Assembly: GCA_041690135.1 (NCBI GenBank)
Contig: JAWLHY010000001.1
Coordinates: 320,001 to 384,000 of the forward strand
Source of the DNA: Armatimonadota bacterium
GTDB taxonomy: Bacteria; Armatimonadota; SYMT01
DNA length: 64,000 nt
Direction of reading: 5' to 3'
The stretch's first letter is position 1. Each line of letters begins with the position of its first letter. Below are positions 18,720 through 28,514 of this stretch, one piece after another. Position numbers and translations under genes: made by a program. The notes below the pieces were generated by a model. The model saw only the letters and a list, made by a program, of their open reading frames with translations. It was not told the DNA's origin and did no database searches.

Positions 18720-19832
18720 ATGTCCGATAACGAACGCAGTCTTCTCGTCAACAGCGATACGATGGCCTCGAACCCCGGCCGGACCGCGGTACAGTGGCCC
18801 GTTTTTGCCCGCTGCTTTCCTCGCTGGTTCATCATCTTTCCGGCGGCCATTCTGGGCGCGGTGTTTCTGGCCCTCACCACGGGCGATACCCGCCTCTGGG
18901 GCATCGCGGTCGGGGCATTCGTTATGAGCCTGCTGGGGATCATGCGCACCCAGAACCAGTTCAACCTGGGCTGCGTGAACCCGACCCAGGTAGTCGGTAA
19001 GGACCCCTACCTCATCGCCGTCTACACCGACCTGACCACCGGCGCCGAGACCTACGATGTGGTCAAGATCCTGGAGCACCCCCTCCAGAAGATGACGGGA
19101 GGGCCGCCCCGGGTCGGCCAGCGCCTCTCTTCCGTCGCCCTGTACCAGGGGGACATCAACAAGGCCCACTGGGACGATTTCGATCCGGTGGTGGTCAACT
19201 GTGTCACCGCCAGCCGCGCCGACATCGACCGGACGCTCAATAGCATTCCTGCGGACGAGTGGGAATGCCTGGAAGAGGGGCTGAAGCAGGTGCCGACTCC
19301 CTACAAGCCGGGACTCTACCCGGTGGACCTGAGCCGCCTGCGCGCGATGCAGGCCCAGGGAGCCCGGAGCGCGCCGGCCGCTGGTGCGGCCTGTACGATC
19401 GTGAGCCCCACGGTCGATTACGCAGGCATCGTGCGGACCCTACGCGCTCTGCGACCGAACCTGCAGGTCGTGGGGGACGAGAACCGGTGGAGCCAGATCC
19501 TGATCTATGGCAACCGGAGCACGCTCTGTATCAACAGCATGGAAGGCCAGTACCCCGGCGATCAGCTTTCGCAGGTCACGCAGGGCCTTTATCAGCAATT
19601 CCAGCAGGTCCGCACCCAGGGAGTGCAGAACCAGCAGCACGCGCTCGGGGTCATTCAGTCCACCCGCATGGCCCTGGGCGTCACGGCCACTCCGGCCTTC
19701 TCGGAGGAAGACGGGCATTTCCAGTGCCTGCACGCCGTGGCACGCCACCTGAACGGGCTGATCTTCACCGGCATCGCCCTGGTAGACGGCAACGGGCGCA
19801 TGGTCCTCAACGTCAACGGCACCTACCAGTAG
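18720..19832 (+). CDS. DUF3239-like membrane protein with extra C-terminal domain
   Basis: Two TM helices, then GCVNP..VV, IAVYTDL, VALY, WDDFDP motifs; GC3-biased frame. Confidence 0.65.
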   Translation: MSDNERSLLVNSDTMASNPGRTAVQWPVFARCFPRWFIIFPAAILGAVFLALTTGDTRLWGIAVGAFVMSLLGIMRTQNQFNLGCVNPTQVVGKDPYLIAVYTDLTTGAETYDVVKILEHPLQKMTGGPPRVGQRLSSVALYQGDINKAHWDDFDPVVVNCVTASRADIDRTLNSIPADEWECLEEGLKQVPTPYKPGLYPVDLSRLRAMQAQGARSAPAAGAACTIVSPTVDYAGIVRTLRALRPNLQVVGDENRWSQILIYGNRSTLCINSMEGQYPGDQLSQVTQGLYQQFQQVRTQGVQNQQHALGVIQSTRMALGVTATPAFSEEDGHFQCLHAVARHLNGLIFTGIALVDGNGRMVLNVNGTYQ

Positions 19833-19840
19833 GTTGCGGA

Positions 19841-19888
19841 AAACCAGAGGACGGCGCCTGGCCGGAGCCACACGCCGTCCTCTGGTTT
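19841..19888. terminator. Bidirectional terminator hairpin
   Basis: AAACCAGAGGACGGCG...CGCCGTCCTCTGGTTT between convergent genes. Confidence 0.75.
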
Positions 19889-19921
19889 AGTGCCCCGTCC
19901 CCGGGGCTTCACCTGGAGTAG

Positions 19922-20443
19922 CTACGCCGCGCGGCGCGTGGTAGCCCCGCTCGTTACCCGCTGGAAGGAGTCACGGGCGCTGCCGGGGATCAGATCCCAC
20001 ACGCGCTCGGCCGTCCGGCGCTCTTCCTGCTGGATCTCGCGGGCCAGGCGTTCCGTCTCGGTATCGCCGGCGGCGGAAGCGGCTACGGCCATCGCCTCGT
20101 ACATGGCGATCTCACTGTTCTCGACGGCGAACGCCATCATCAGGTCTTGAGTGCTCTTCTCCGCTTCTTCGTGGCCCAACTGCGCCGTCTTCGGCCCGAA
20201 GCCGAACATGTTGGCCATGAATGACTTCATGCCGGAAGGCTTGCCGCCCAGGGCGGTCAGCCGCTGCTTCAGGCGGTCGCACTGGCGCTGGGTCTCGTCC
20301 GCGTGCATCTCGAAAAGCTGACGGGCCTCGATCTGGTCGGACTCCTTGGCAAAGGTCCGCAACTGGTTTTCGAAGGTCTCCTCGGCCGCGATGGCGTCCT
20401 GGAGATAGCGTTGGATCACTTCTTGGGGTGGCTGCTGTGCCAT
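19922..20443 (-). CDS. DUF892 (YciE/YciF) ferritin-like stress protein
   Basis: YLQDAIAAE, H.DET..Q..RL, AFAVEN.EIAMYE, I..EE motifs; GGAGG SD. Confidence 0.88.
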   Translation of the reverse strand: MAQQPPQEVIQRYLQDAIAAEETFENQLRTFAKESDQIEARQLFEMHADETQRQCDRLKQRLTALGGKPSGMKSFMANMFGFGPKTAQLGHEEAEKSTQDLMMAFAVENSEIAMYEAMAVAASAAGDTETERLAREIQQEERRTAERVWDLIPGSARDSFQRVTSGATTRRAA

Positions 20444-20493
20444 GGGGATCGACTCCTCCGGGTATCTAACAACAACGCGATACCCGGGCCAAC

Positions 20494-20519
20494 CTTCCCG
20501 ACCCTTTAACTCCCCAAAC
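20494..20519 (-). promoter_or_regulatory. Putative SigB-type promoter of the DUF892 gene
   Basis: Minus strand reads GTTTGG-N14-GGGAAG, ~50 nt upstream of the start. Confidence 0.4.
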
Positions 20520-20574
20520 CCCATCTACCCGCACCCCGCCCCCGCGGATGGGTAGTTGGAGGGTCAGAGTGCTC

Positions 20575-20758
20575 TGTCGCCCTTCCAGGGCTTTTTTATG
20601 AGGGCGCCTGATCCGGGGGTTCACACCCCCCTGCCCGCATGCGGGCGCCCGATCTCCGGTCGCCCCTCCGGGGCTAATCTCCGGTCGCCCCTCCGGGGCT
20701 AATCTCCGGTCGCCCCTCCGGGGCTAATCTCCGGTCGCCCCTCCGGGGCTAATCTCCG
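20575..20758. repeat. REP-like cluster with four tandem 25-bp units
   Basis: (A/G)ATCTCCGGTCGCCCCTCCGGGGCT x4 at 20651-20750; related CGCCCTTCCAGGGCT and GGGGGTTCACACCCCC palindromes upstream. Confidence 0.9.
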
Positions 20759-20830
20759 ACTATACACCCGGCTCTCTCCGCCCTCTTCATCCTCCACCCT
20801 CTTTATCCTCATCCACCGTCCTCTTTATCC

Positions 20831-21340
20831 TTATCCTCCACCGTCCTTATCCTCACTCCATTCCCGATACGGCCGCTCCGCCAGCGCCGCGTTCTTGTAG
20901 CGGGAGTCGCGTGTCACGTCTTCGCCCAGCCAGTCGGGGCGAGCAAAAGCGCACCCTTCCTCCGGCACCTCCAACTCCGCGACCACCAGGCCCTCGTTAT
21001 CGCCCACGAAAATGTCGAGCTCCCAGGCCAGTTCCGGGCAGCCGTCGATCGGCAGGCGGTAGCGGGTCTTGGTGATCACTGACCCCTGGCACATGCCCAG
21101 GAGCCCCGTCGCTTCCTCAAAGGGGATCTCATACTCGAACTCGTCCCGGCCGACGTCCCCTTCGCCCTTAATGGTCAGGTAGGCCATCCGTCCGGAGCCA
21201 TCCTCGCGTTCTTCGGTGCGCACCCGCACGGTCGGCCGGAAGGAAAGATACCCCTGGGTGAGACGGCTGCCCGGGGGGAGGGGTGGGAGCCGTGAAGAAT
21301 CCACCAGGAACTTGTGCTCGATCTCCTGTTTGCGGCTCAT
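20831..21340 (-). CDS. CYTH domain protein (triphosphate tunnel metalloenzyme)
   Basis: EIEHKFLV, QGYL, VRVR, LTIKG, EFEYEIP, KTRY, WELD.F.G.NEGLVVAELE, DVT.D.RYKN. Confidence 0.93.
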   Translation of the reverse strand: MSRKQEIEHKFLVDSSRLPPLPPGSRLTQGYLSFRPTVRVRTEEREDGSGRMAYLTIKGEGDVGRDEFEYEIPFEEATGLLGMCQGSVITKTRYRLPIDGCPELAWELDIFVGDNEGLVVAELEVPEEGCAFARPDWLGEDVTRDSRYKNAALAERPYREWSEDKDGGG

Positions 21341-21699
21341 TTTCGGGACCGGTTCTTCGCCAGAAGCTGCATGAACTCGATGACCAGGTCCTGGTCTCGC
21401 TCTTCTAGGGCGTTGTAGTACCGCTCCAGCCGGTCGTCCGTCGTCGGCGCGGTCTCGGCGGGCGTGGTGCCCCGCCGCGCGGAATCGTCCATCGCTTCTT
21501 GTAGTAGCTCCACGACCGTCGTGCGGAAGTAGCGTGCCAGTTGCTCCAGCTCGACCAGCGTGGGACTCGACTTCCCCGTTTCCAGCGCGCTGATGTAGCT
21601 GGCGCTCCGGTCCATGCGGGTATGGTCGATCAGTTCTTGCTGCGTCAGGCGCGCCCACTCGCGCTTGCGCTTCAACGTCGGCCCGATGTTGATTGCCAT
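21337..21699 (-). CDS. XRE-family helix-turn-helix regulator
   Basis: LKRKRE..RLTQQEL.....SASYISALETGKSSPT. Confidence 0.88.
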   Translation of the reverse strand: MAINIGPTLKRKREWARLTQQELIDHTRMDRSASYISALETGKSSPTLVELEQLARYFRTTVVELLQEAMDDSARRGTTPAETAPTTDDRLERYYNALEERDQDLVIEFMQLLAKNRSRK

Positions 21700-21789
21700 C
21701 CTGTCTGCCTCCCAAGCTCACGGCATGCGTACATCGATTATAATGGCACTGCCCCACGCCCGGTGGGAAGTGGTCTTCGGAGGCTTCCG

Positions 21790-24306
21790 GTGAATAAACC
21801 CCAGGTCCTTTCCCTCGACGGTAACGACTGGACCGTCTACTGGCTGTTGCCTCACGAGTGGGAGTGTCGCAAGGTGTGGGAAGGAGATCCGCCCGAGGCG
21901 GCGTCCCGGCGCCTGCCCGCCGCCGTGCCTGGGCATGTGCAGGAGGCGCTTCTGCAGGCCGGGGAACTGCCGGACTGGCGCATCGGCACGAACAGTCGTC
22001 TCTGGGAGTGGGTCTCGGAACGGGACTGGGTCTATCGGAAGGAGTTCACGGCCCCCGCCGAGCTGGCCGGCCTCGACCTGCATCTCCGCTTCGAGGGGAT
22101 CGATGATTCCGCCGTCGTGTTTCTGAACGGCCAACGCATCGGTTCCCACACCGGCCAGTTCCAACCCGCGGAGTGGAACGTCACGGACGGGGTGCGGCCG
22201 GGCGCCGTCAACGAGCTGCTGGTGGTCGTGCGCCGCGCCCCCGAGGTCCAGGGCCAGATCGGTCGCACGTCCCAGGAGCGGCGCTGGAAGAGCCGGTTCG
22301 CCTACGGGTGGGACTGGTGTACGCGACTGGTGCCCATCGGCTTGTGGGATTCGGTCTCGCTTGTCGCCACGGGCGGCGCCCGCTTCGGCAACATCTCGAT
22401 CTACACCAACGTGGCCAACGACCGGACCGAGGCCGCCGTCTCCATCGTCTGCGAGTTTGCGGCCCGTCAGCCCACGCCCGCCACCATCTTCACGGAGATC
22501 ACCCAGGGCGGGCTCCCCGTGGCCAGCATCGCGGACCCCATCACCGTCTTCGGCAGCGACACCTCGCTCGTCCAGTCCGCCACTCTCAAGCGGGTGCAGT
22601 TATGGTGGCCGAATGGGGCGGGCCATCCCTCCCTTTACCAGGCCGCGCTCACCCTCGTGGATGAGGACGAGAACGTGCTGGACCAGACGAGTGTTGAGTT
22701 CGGGGTCCGCCAGGTGGATGCCGTTCCCTGCGAGGGCGCGCCTCCGGATAGCCTTCCCTACTCCCTGGCGGTTAACGGCCGGCGGGTGTGGATCAAGGGA
22801 TGGAACTGGGTCCCCCTCGACCACCTCTACGGTGGGGTTCCGGCCGAGCGTTATGAGCGGTTCCTGCGCCTGGCCCGGGCGGCGCACGTGAACCTGCTGC
22901 GGGTATGGGGTGGGGGACTGCTGGAGAAGGAGACGTTCTACCGGCTGTGCGACCGCTATGGGATCATGGTCTGGCAGGAGTTTCCGCTCTCCTCTTCGGG
23001 CCTGGACAACACGCCGCCCGCCGACCCGGCATACCTTGACTATCTCCGCGAGCAGGCCGAGGGCATGATCCCGCGCCGGCGGAACCACGCCTCGCTCGTC
23101 CTCTGGTGCGGCGGCAACGAGCTAACCGGAGAGAACCAGGAGCCGCTCGGAAGCGATCATCCCGCCCTGGCCGAGCTGCGCTCCGCGGTGGAGATCGACC
23201 ATCCCCAGAGCCAGTGGCTCCCCACCTCGCCCACCGGTCCGCGGTTCAGTGCCGACCCCGAGCACCGTGGCGAGCTGCACGATGTGCACGGTCCCTGGCA
23301 GTGGCTGGGCCTGCGCCGGCATCCGGAGTTCTACAACCGGATCGACCCGCTGCTCCACAGCGAGTTCGGGTGTGCGGGTGCTGCGAACGCGGAGACCCTG
23401 CAGGCGATTTTCCCGGAAGAGGTCACCCGTCCGAGCCTGGAAGATCCCACCTGGATGGCACATGGGGGCAACTGGTGGCTGCGGCCGGAAGAGGTGGAAG
23501 CGGCCTTCGGCGAGTGTCCGGACGTCCATACGTTCATCCGCGCCAGCCAGCAGCTTCAGGCGATGGGCCTGCAGTATGGAGTCGAGGCGAACCGTCGCCG
23601 GAAATGGCGCTGCGCCGGCACGCTCCCCTGGCAGCTCAATGAGGCCTGGCCAAATGCGATCTGCACAAGTGCGGTGGACTACTACGGCAGGCCGAAGCCG
23701 GCGTATTACGCCGTCAAACGTGCCTACGCGCCGTTCCACGTCAGCGCGGGCTTCACGACCTTCGATTGGGTGGAAGAGAAGGAGTTCCGGGCGGACATCT
23801 GGCTACACAACTCCGGCGAGGAGCGCTCGCTGCTGAACGTGGTGGCTACGGTCACCGATCTCCAGGGTCGCGAGCTCTACCAGGAGAACCTGGCGGCCGA
23901 GGCCCCCGAGAACAGCGCCGAGAACGCGGGCGACCTCGCCTGGCGCTTCCCCGACCGCTTCGCTGAGCCTTTCCTCCTGTTCCTGGAAGTCATCGATGAG
24001 GAGGGGGACACGCTCGCCCGGAATGCCTACCTCCACTCCCGCGCGGGGGCTCCCGCCTTCGCCCCCTTCCTCTCCGCACCGGCCACCACCCTGGAGGTCA
24101 CCCCGGCCGAGGGCGGGATCTGCGTCCGGAACACCGGGAAGGCGGTGGCGCTGGGGATCCGGATCGATGCCGGCGACGCCCTCGTCGATGACAGCGACTT
24201 CCCCCTGCGTCCCGGCACCGAGCGCCGCCTCCGCCTCTCCGACCCCGATGCGACGATCACCGTATCCGCCTGGAATGGGGGATCCTTATCCTTATCCTTA
24301 TCCTAA
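21790..24306 (+). CDS. Glycoside hydrolase family 2 (beta-mannosidase-like)
   Basis: FEGID, YGWDW, KGWNWVP, NLLRVWGGG, WCGGNE, SEFG, WQLNEAWP motifs. Confidence 0.93.
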   Translation: MNKPQVLSLDGNDWTVYWLLPHEWECRKVWEGDPPEAASRRLPAAVPGHVQEALLQAGELPDWRIGTNSRLWEWVSERDWVYRKEFTAPAELAGLDLHLRFEGIDDSAVVFLNGQRIGSHTGQFQPAEWNVTDGVRPGAVNELLVVVRRAPEVQGQIGRTSQERRWKSRFAYGWDWCTRLVPIGLWDSVSLVATGGARFGNISIYTNVANDRTEAAVSIVCEFAARQPTPATIFTEITQGGLPVASIADPITVFGSDTSLVQSATLKRVQLWWPNGAGHPSLYQAALTLVDEDENVLDQTSVEFGVRQVDAVPCEGAPPDSLPYSLAVNGRRVWIKGWNWVPLDHLYGGVPAERYERFLRLARAAHVNLLRVWGGGLLEKETFYRLCDRYGIMVWQEFPLSSSGLDNTPPADPAYLDYLREQAEGMIPRRRNHASLVLWCGGNELTGENQEPLGSDHPALAELRSAVEIDHPQSQWLPTSPTGPRFSADPEHRGELHDVHGPWQWLGLRRHPEFYNRIDPLLHSEFGCAGAANAETLQAIFPEEVTRPSLEDPTWMAHGGNWWLRPEEVEAAFGECPDVHTFIRASQQLQAMGLQYGVEANRRRKWRCAGTLPWQLNEAWPNAICTSAVDYYGRPKPAYYAVKRAYAPFHVSAGFTTFDWVEEKEFRADIWLHNSGEERSLLNVVATVTDLQGRELYQENLAAEAPENSAENAGDLAWRFPDRFAEPFLLFLEVIDEEGDTLARNAYLHSRAGAPAFAPFLSAPATTLEVTPAEGGICVRNTGKAVALGIRIDAGDALVDDSDFPLRPGTERRLRLSDPDATITVSAWNGGSLSLSLS

Positions 24307-24730
24307 TCCATCCGGGGCCCCCTGGTCAGGGGAGTTGTCCTTACACGGATGTGGCAGCCTTCTGGCAAACCGGACCAGCAATGGATCATCCCGTGTCCAA
24401 TCGCCGCCTCCGCTCACCAGGGGGATTGCCACGACCGGCAGTGCGGCGGATCACGCCCAGCACAGCCCAATGTTCAGTAGGGGAGATCGCGTAGTCAATT
24501 CGGCATGTCCGGTCTCGCAATGACGATCTGGGGCATTGGCAGACAAGCAACCAAGCGCTCGTCACTGCGAGGAGGGGTAAAACTCGGCCGACTTCACAGA
24601 CCACCACCGCCGCAAAGCCGGAGCACGGCTACCCTACGCTCGCGCCCTATCACCCGACGTGGCAGGCCCCCTGGTCAGGGAAGTCGCTCTTACTCGGGAT
24701 TCCTTATCCTTATCCACTCGATCCATATCC
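24283..24730. repeat. TCCTTA hexamer tracts with CCCCCTGGTCAGGG anchors
   Basis: Tracts at 24283-24309 and 24701-24714; anchors at 24318 and 24667. Confidence 0.8.
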
Positions 24731-25285
24731 GCTCCGCCTCGCGTTCAGCAGCGCCATGAACTCCCGCATCCACGGCGCGTTGTCCCAGAAGGTCCGGGCC
24801 GTCACCAGGTTGCCGTCCACGACCACCGGTTCATCCACGTAGGCCGCGCCCGAGAACTCCGCGTCGTAGCGGCACTTCGCCACGGTGGTGACCCGCTTCC
24901 CCCGGATCACGTCCGCCGCCGCCACGATCTCGATGCCGTGGCACACGCTGGCTACCGGACGGTGGTCGGCGAAGAAGGCACGAGTGATGGTCATCAGGTC
25001 CGCGTCGTAGCGCAGGTACTCGGGTGCGCGGCCGCCCGAGATGATCAGGCCGGCATACTCTTCGGGACGGACGTCCCGGAAGGCGACATCCGCGGCAAAC
25101 CGGTATCCCGGCGACTCCACGGTAATGTCCCACTCCGGATGCCGGTCGTGCATTACCAGGTGGTAGGTGCGCTTCTCCGGTCCGGCTACCACGCACTGAT
25201 AGCCGTCTTCCTGGACCCGGAAGTAGGGGTAAAGGGTATCCGTGACCTCCGCCGCGTCACCGATGATGAGGAGTACCTTTTCCAT
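24710..25285 (-). CDS. DJ-1/PfpI family protein
   Basis: KVLLIIGDAAE, GGRAPEYLR, SVCHG, VVVDGNLVTARTF.D. Confidence 0.92.
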   Translation of the reverse strand: MEKVLLIIGDAAEVTDTLYPYFRVQEDGYQCVVAGPEKRTYHLVMHDRHPEWDITVESPGYRFAADVAFRDVRPEEYAGLIISGGRAPEYLRYDADLMTITRAFFADHRPVASVCHGIEIVAAADVIRGKRVTTVAKCRYDAEFSGAAYVDEPVVVDGNLVTARTFWDNAPWMREFMALLNARRSGYGSSG

Positions 25286-25404
25286 GGGTGGATCTCCGGG
25301 CGGCGCGTATCTCCGCCACCTCCAGAATGCAGAACGGGGTTGGGAACCTAGTTCCCAACCCCGTAGTGATAACGCATTCCCGGCAGGCAGAGCACGGGCT
25401 ACCG

Positions 25405-25668
25405 TTACCGGCGGCCGGCGGTTTTCTCCGGCGGCAGCCAATCTTCCGATTCCAGCGGTGGGATCTCCGTGCCGGCCTGCTCCAGTTCGCGCAGCCGGGC
25501 GCGCCCGCGTTGGAAGCAGCGCGCGCAGATCCACTCCACGAACTGGTTGCGGTACTGACCCGTCAGCGTATGTACGGGGTAAACGCGCACCCTCTCGGGC
25601 AGCTTGCGACACTCCATAGTGTCGCCCAGGGACATCCGCTGATGGCAGACCTCACAATACGGAAGCAC
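25405..25668 (-). CDS. Small Cys-rich hypothetical protein (possible zinc ribbon)
   Basis: GAGGAGG SD before a GTG; CEVC...CARC pairs; 87 aa. Confidence 0.6.
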   Translation of the reverse strand: MLPYCEVCHQRMSLGDTMECRKLPERVRVYPVHTLTGQYRNQFVEWICARCFQRGRARLRELEQAGTEIPPLESEDWLPPEKTAGRR

Positions 25669-25791
25669 AGGTCCTCCTCGACACGACGCATGACGGACTG
25701 ACCTTAGTGTACTCGCACATTGGCGGACTCGCATCCCTCTTCGGGACGATTCAATCGTCCTGCTTAGGAATGACCTTCACGCCGCAGTACA

Positions 25792-26805
25792 CTAGCTACT
25801 TTGATACAGTTTTTCGGTCAGCGGACCGCGTGCGAAGGTCTCCAGGTCCAGTCCGCTTGCCACGCCCCGGCTGAGGAGACTGTGCCCGACGGCCGCGATC
25901 ATTGCGGCATTATCGGTGCAAAGGGGAAGGGGAGGGAAGGAAACCGTCAGGCCGCGTTTGGTGGCTTTGGTCGTTAGCCCCTCCTTCAACCGGGTGTTCG
26001 CGGCGACGCCGCCTCCCACCTGAACATGCCGGGCGCCGGTCAGCTTGGCCGCCTCCAACGTATGATCGATCAGTACATCGACGATGGCTGCCTGATACCC
26101 CGCAGCCACGTCGGCCGGAGCCAACTCGGGACGCTCTTTGGTGCAGCGGATCAGCGCCGTCTTAACCCCGGAAAAGCTGAAGTCCAGCGGCGGCTCGGTC
26201 CGGGCGCGGGGAAAACGGACGACCCGGGGATCGCCTTCGCGGGCCAGGCGGTCCAGGGCCGCCCCGCCGCCGTTCCCCAAACCCAGTACGCGGGCGCCCT
26301 TATCGAACGCCTCTCCGGCGGCGTCGTCCCGGCGCCGGCCCAGGATCTCATACTCGTGCAGGTCGCGCACGTAGTAGAGTTCCGTATGTCCACCGGAGGC
26401 GATCAGGGCGACCGAAGGGACCGTGGCCTTGCGGTCCGCCACCCAGCTACTGAACACGTGCCCTTCGATGTGGTGCACGCCCACCAGCGGGATGCCCAGT
26501 GCCAGGGAAAGGGATTTTGCGGCGGTTACCCCCACCAGGAGCGAGCCGATGAGCCCCGGCCGGTGGGTGACGGCGATCCCCTCGATCTCCCGCAGCGTCA
26601 CCCCGGTTTCGTCCAGTGCCTGCTGGATGATGCGCGTGATCAGTTCCACGTGCCGGCGCGAGGCGATCTCCGGAACCACCCCGCCGAACGGCGCGTGCAA
26701 CTCCGCCTGCGAGGCGATCACATTGCTGCGCAGGTCCCACCCGTCGCCAAACACCGCCGCCGACGTTTCATCGCACGACGACTCGATTCCCAGTACCAAA
26801 GGCAT
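25792..26805 (-). CDS. tsaD: tRNA N6-adenosine threonylcarbamoyltransferase TsaD
   Basis: LGIESSCDETS, GGVVPEIASRRH, HHIEGH, SGGHT, DDAAGEAFDK, CTDNAAMIA. Confidence 0.97.
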   Translation of the reverse strand: MPLVLGIESSCDETSAAVFGDGWDLRSNVIASQAELHAPFGGVVPEIASRRHVELITRIIQQALDETGVTLREIEGIAVTHRPGLIGSLLVGVTAAKSLSLALGIPLVGVHHIEGHVFSSWVADRKATVPSVALIASGGHTELYYVRDLHEYEILGRRRDDAAGEAFDKGARVLGLGNGGGAALDRLAREGDPRVVRFPRARTEPPLDFSFSGVKTALIRCTKERPELAPADVAAGYQAAIVDVLIDHTLEAAKLTGARHVQVGGGVAANTRLKEGLTTKATKRGLTVSFPPLPLCTDNAAMIAAVGHSLLSRGVASGLDLETFARGPLTEKLYQSS

Positions 26806-27761
26806 CAGCGCAGTTCCTTCACTCCCTCGCCGCCAAACTCGAATTGTGGCGCCGGTCCCGTGTCCGCCACGATCCTCGCCGCCACCCGTGGGGTGAAGGC
26901 GGCGAGAATACTGAAGTGGTCGAGACCCTCGACTTCGAAACACCGGACCAGCGGGTTTCGCGATTCCGCCGCCAATGCCTCCAGGGCCGGATAGTTGCTG
27001 GAGAGGCCCCCACCTTCGAACACAAAGGTGGGAGTGCGGATCCCGTGGAGCCAGCGGACAGGAGAGCGCAGCAACCCTTCCCGCGTGCTACGCGGATCAA
27101 ATACCAGGTGCTCCTCCCCGTAGCTCCGCACGTCCTCCACGGGCCCGAACGCGAACACGGCCCGGAACCGGTCGGTGCATTCCGCCGTGAGGAGTGCCAG
27201 GGTGCCGCCGGTACTGTGTCCGCCCAGGTAGATCCGCTGCGGGTCTACCCCTTCCAGGCGCGACAGGTAATCCGCGGCGGCGATTACGTCGTCGACCTCT
27301 CCGTAGAACGACTCGCGGTAACCTGGATTGTCGTTGCCGCCCCGCAGCGAAGGGTACATCATCACGATCCCCGCCTCGCGGAAGGCCCGCGCCGACTGGT
27401 CGTTGTCCGGGCTGGCCTCTTCCCAGGCCGTTGCCCCGATGCCGTTATCGAACCCCCCGAAGATCCAGAGGATGGCCGGGTGCTTCTTCCCGTCCGCGGG
27501 TGGGTGACTTACATAGGCCGCGAGTTTGCCGGCAGGCGACGGGTAACGTACCAGCCGGAACAGGTCCGGAGGGGGCGGGTCTGCGGGCTCCGCGGCACGC
27601 TCCTTGCGAACCAGCACGGTCTCATGCCCTTTCCGCCCCTCGCCCAGTGACACTCGCTTGGATGCGCCCGATGAGGGAGATTGCTCCCGCGGAGCCTCCT
27701 CAAAGGAACAACCCGCCGCAGCAAACAAGACCACAGCAAACGCAAGCGCCTGTAATCTCAT
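26805..27761 (-). CDS. Lipoprotein alpha/beta hydrolase (S9 peptidase-like)
   Basis: Lipobox AAGC, PSLRGGNDNPG, GHSTGG nucleophile elbow, DHFS. Confidence 0.85.
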   Translation of the reverse strand: MRLQALAFAVVLFAAAGCSFEEAPREQSPSSGASKRVSLGEGRKGHETVLVRKERAAEPADPPPPDLFRLVRYPSPAGKLAAYVSHPPADGKKHPAILWIFGGFDNGIGATAWEEASPDNDQSARAFREAGIVMMYPSLRGGNDNPGYRESFYGEVDDVIAAADYLSRLEGVDPQRIYLGGHSTGGTLALLTAECTDRFRAVFAFGPVEDVRSYGEEHLVFDPRSTREGLLRSPVRWLHGIRTPTFVFEGGGLSSNYPALEALAAESRNPLVRCFEVEGLDHFSILAAFTPRVAARIVADTGPAPQFEFGGEGVKELR

Positions 27762-28007
27762 GACCTCCTGGTGCTTTCTTCCCCTACGCAATGGACAGGC
27801 ACAGCGGCACGCCCCTACATTACGAGGGTCCCACTGCGGGTACTCACCCGGAAGGGCGGCCGAGCCGAACTCCGGCTGAGCCTTCCCGCCCGCCCGCCCT
27901 TGTCCAAATCGCAGCCCTCATTCCGATCGACGAGACTCTGCGTTAGTTCTTGTTCTTTCTGTGTCCGTCTGTGTCGAAAACTATCCTCGTATCCTACGCG
28001 AGACTGC

Positions 28008-28514
28008 CTACTCGTAGGAAGCCACTTCCCGCAGGCGTTGGTCGAGGAGCGCCCTAAAGGAGAACCGGCTGGAGTCCTCAATCCACATCACGATGGCGTC
28101 TTCGTCGTTGTCCGTGTAGTAACGCTTACGCCGGCTAATGGGGAGAAAGCCATATTTACGGTAGAGGTTCTGGGCCGCCACGTTGGACTCGCGCACTTCC
28201 AGGGTGATGCGGCGGCAGCCCTGGCGCACCGCTTCCTGGATCACGTCCGCCAGCAGCCGCTCGCCGATGTGGCGCCGCTGGACCGCCGGATGCACCCCGA
28301 AGGTGGTGATGTGTGCCTCGTCGTGGATCATATGGCTGCCGATGTAACCCACCACCGCGCCGTCCAACGTCGCCACCCGGTAGTAACCGATACTACTGGA
28401 GAGCTCCGCCTGGAAGGTGTAGTCGGACCATGGAATGCTGAAGCAGAGCCGGTCGGCCGCGCACACAGCGGGCACGTCGTCCGGATCCATCCGGCGGATC
28501 AGGAGTTTCGACAC
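28008..28514 (-). CDS. rimI: Ribosomal protein S18 alanine N-acetyltransferase RimI
   Basis: F.IPWS, DEAHIT, TLEVRESN..AQNLY.KYGF...RKRYY.DN.EDA. Confidence 0.95.
   Translation of the reverse strand: MSKLLIRRMDPDDVPAVCAADRLCFSIPWSDYTFQAELSSSIGYYRVATLDGAVVGYIGSHMIHDEAHITTFGVHPAVQRRHIGERLLADVIQEAVRQGCRRITLEVRESNVAAQNLYRKYGFLPISRRKRYYTDNDEDAIVMWIEDSSRFSFRALLDQRLREVASYE

Noticed and set aside
20651-20758. 25-bp direct repeats as CRISPR or iterons
   Set aside because: Head-to-tail with no spacers and no rep gene; the palindromic core fits a REP-like tandem.
24386-24607. 73-aa ORF between two repeat anchors
   Set aside because: No SD, weak codon bias and no motif.
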